64,000 nucleotides of DNA from contig OZ024758.1 of assembly GCA_964016885.1 (NCBI GenBank), forward strand, positions 24,428,001 to 24,492,000, given 5' to 3'. Source of the DNA: Eledone cirrhosa (Eukaryota). The position numbers and the translations under genes were made by a program. This document shows, piece by piece, positions 62,614 through 64,000 of the stretch. Numbering within the stretch: the stretch's first letter is position 1; every line of letters begins with the position of its first letter. Under the pieces are notes generated by a model that was given only the letters and a program-made list of their open reading frames with translations, did not search any database and was not told the DNA's origin.

Positions 62614-63010
62614 GGAGGCACATGGCTTAGCGGGTTAGAGCATTGGCCTTGCAATCGAAAGGTTGTGAGTTCAATTCTCAGACCGAGTGATGTGTTGTTT
62701 CCTTGAGCAAGACACTTTATTTCACATTGCTCCAGTTTACTCAGCTGTGGAAATGAGATGATAGAACTGGGGTCCCTATCATTCCACTGTAAAGTGGTCG
62801 TTGTGGTGCCACGCAAAAAAGCACCCAGCACTCACTGTAAATGAGGTTGGTGTTAGGAAGGGCATCCAGCTGTAGAAATCAAGCCAGAATCAGTTCCTGT
62901 ATGAGCAAGGCATGGTCAGCCGACCGGGCACTGCCCACAACAGGACAACCCGTCTAACCCATGCTAGCATGGAAGAATGGACGTAAAACGGTGATGATGA
63001 TGATGATGAT
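62614..63010 (+). mobile_element. SINE A with alternative (long) tail
   Basis: Same head and body. The tail gagcaagg...ccgtctaacccatgctagc is also at 471-622 and 53555-53785. Confidence 0.88.
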
Positions 63011-63159
63011 ATATATATAGGAAATTGAACATGCCAAAATGTCACATTATAACGGTATGTAAAGATTCAGTATGTAAGATTGGCTACATACTGAGGTGAA
63101 GCTGGCTACGTATAGAGATGGAAGTGAAGGTCAGAAATGAAAAGATAATAATGGCAGGA

Positions 63160-63447
63160 ATAGGGTTAGAGGGACATCTACAGGTGAGGGTCTATAGGGT
63201 TAGGGGGACATCTACAGGTGAGGGTCTATAGGGTTAGGGGGACAATTATAGATGAGGGTCTATAGGGTTAGGGGGACATCTACAGGTGAGGGTCTATAGG
63301 GTTAGGGGGACATCTACAGGTGAGGGTCTATAGGGTTAGGGGGACATCTACAGGTGAGGGTCTATAGGGTTAGGGGGACAATTACAGGTGAGGGTCTATA
63401 GGGTTAGGGGGACAATTACAGGTGAGGGTCTATAGGGTTAGGGGGAC
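63160..63447. repeat. 34-bp G-rich minisatellite (~8 units) containing AGGGTTAGGG
   Basis: Unit atagggttagggggacatctacaggtgagggtct. Confidence 0.95.
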
Positions 63448-63688
63448 AGTGCTAGTCCTGGAGATGTTATTTCTCTCAGAAATTACTTACATATACATTT
63501 ATATACATTCATATATATATATATGTATATACATATATATATATGTATATATATATAGAGGTTATATTTCATTTGTTGGGATTCAACAAGCTTAAACATT
63601 TTTATAACTGATATAAAGCACTCAACAAGTTAGTGGAGTAAATACACAATATATTAATAAATGGTAACTATATTTATAAAACCATATT

Positions 63689-63756
63689 TATTTTGTTATA
63701 TATATATTTCAAGGGCAACCAAGGCAAATTATGGTGCGCTTTCATCAGATAAAATA
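63689..63756 (-). ncRNA. Hammerhead motif (family E), left arm of palindrome
   Basis: Reverse-complement copy TATTTTAT CTGATGA...GAAA TATATATA TA ACAAAATA, with one stem I mismatch. Confidence 0.72.
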
Positions 63757-63893
63757 CAGATTTGTTTTATAAATAAATATTGACATACCCGGAAAAAAAG
63801 ACAACCTTAACGGTTGGAGTATCCAGGAAGCTCCAACCGTTAAGGTTGTCTTTTTTTCCGGGTATGTCAATATTTATTTATAAAACAAATCTG

Positions 63894-63958
63894 TATATTA
63901 TCTGATGAAAGCGCACCATAATTTGCCTTGGTTGCCCTTGAAATATATATAATAAAAT
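63894..63958 (+). ncRNA. Hammerhead motif (family E), right arm of palindrome
   Basis: TATATTAT CTGATGA AAGCGCACC...GGTTGCCCTT GAAA TATATA TA ATAAAATA; homologous to 3062-3126. Confidence 0.78.
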
Positions 63959-64000
63959 AAATATGGTTTTATAAATATAGTTTCCATTTATTAATATATT

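Larger units (their letters stand above)
63557..64000. mobile_element. Family E fold-back element (arms ~63650-63819 / 63831-64000, runs off the window)
   Basis: About 170-bp inverted arms with few mismatches, each containing an HHR; the tail abuts (TA)n. Confidence 0.88.

Overview
Repeat-saturated animal genomic DNA; the SINE/LINE content resembles a coleoid cephalopod (inference). Most of the window is probably one long intron of a minus-strand gene, and the only host exon I can support is a 25-nt microexon (5253-5277, VFRRADRN, NECAB-like EF-hand start). Conventional content: two young, nearly identical, 5'-truncated RTE LINEs whose RT carries a C4HC3 PHD-type finger; fragments of other RTE, Tx1/L1 and CRE-like LINEs; three tRNA-derived SINE families; TTAA- and TA-flanked MITEs; and several minisatellites grown from TE pieces. 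The most notable signal is about ten mutually unrelated, short non-coding element families embedded in (TA)n tracts. Many carry type I hammerhead ribozyme (HHR) motifs with palindromic stem III (complete at 3062-3126, 17966-18036, 50126-50195 and twice at 63689-63958). Most share a subterminal GAGT(A/G)C motif and occur as fold-back palindromes or 5' inversions. They look like termini of Penelope-like or retrozyme-like elements that target (TA)n; no Penelope ORF is in the window. Almost all ORF-track entries other than the LINE ORFs are low-complexity artefacts. All alignments and folds were done by eye, so element boundaries are approximate.
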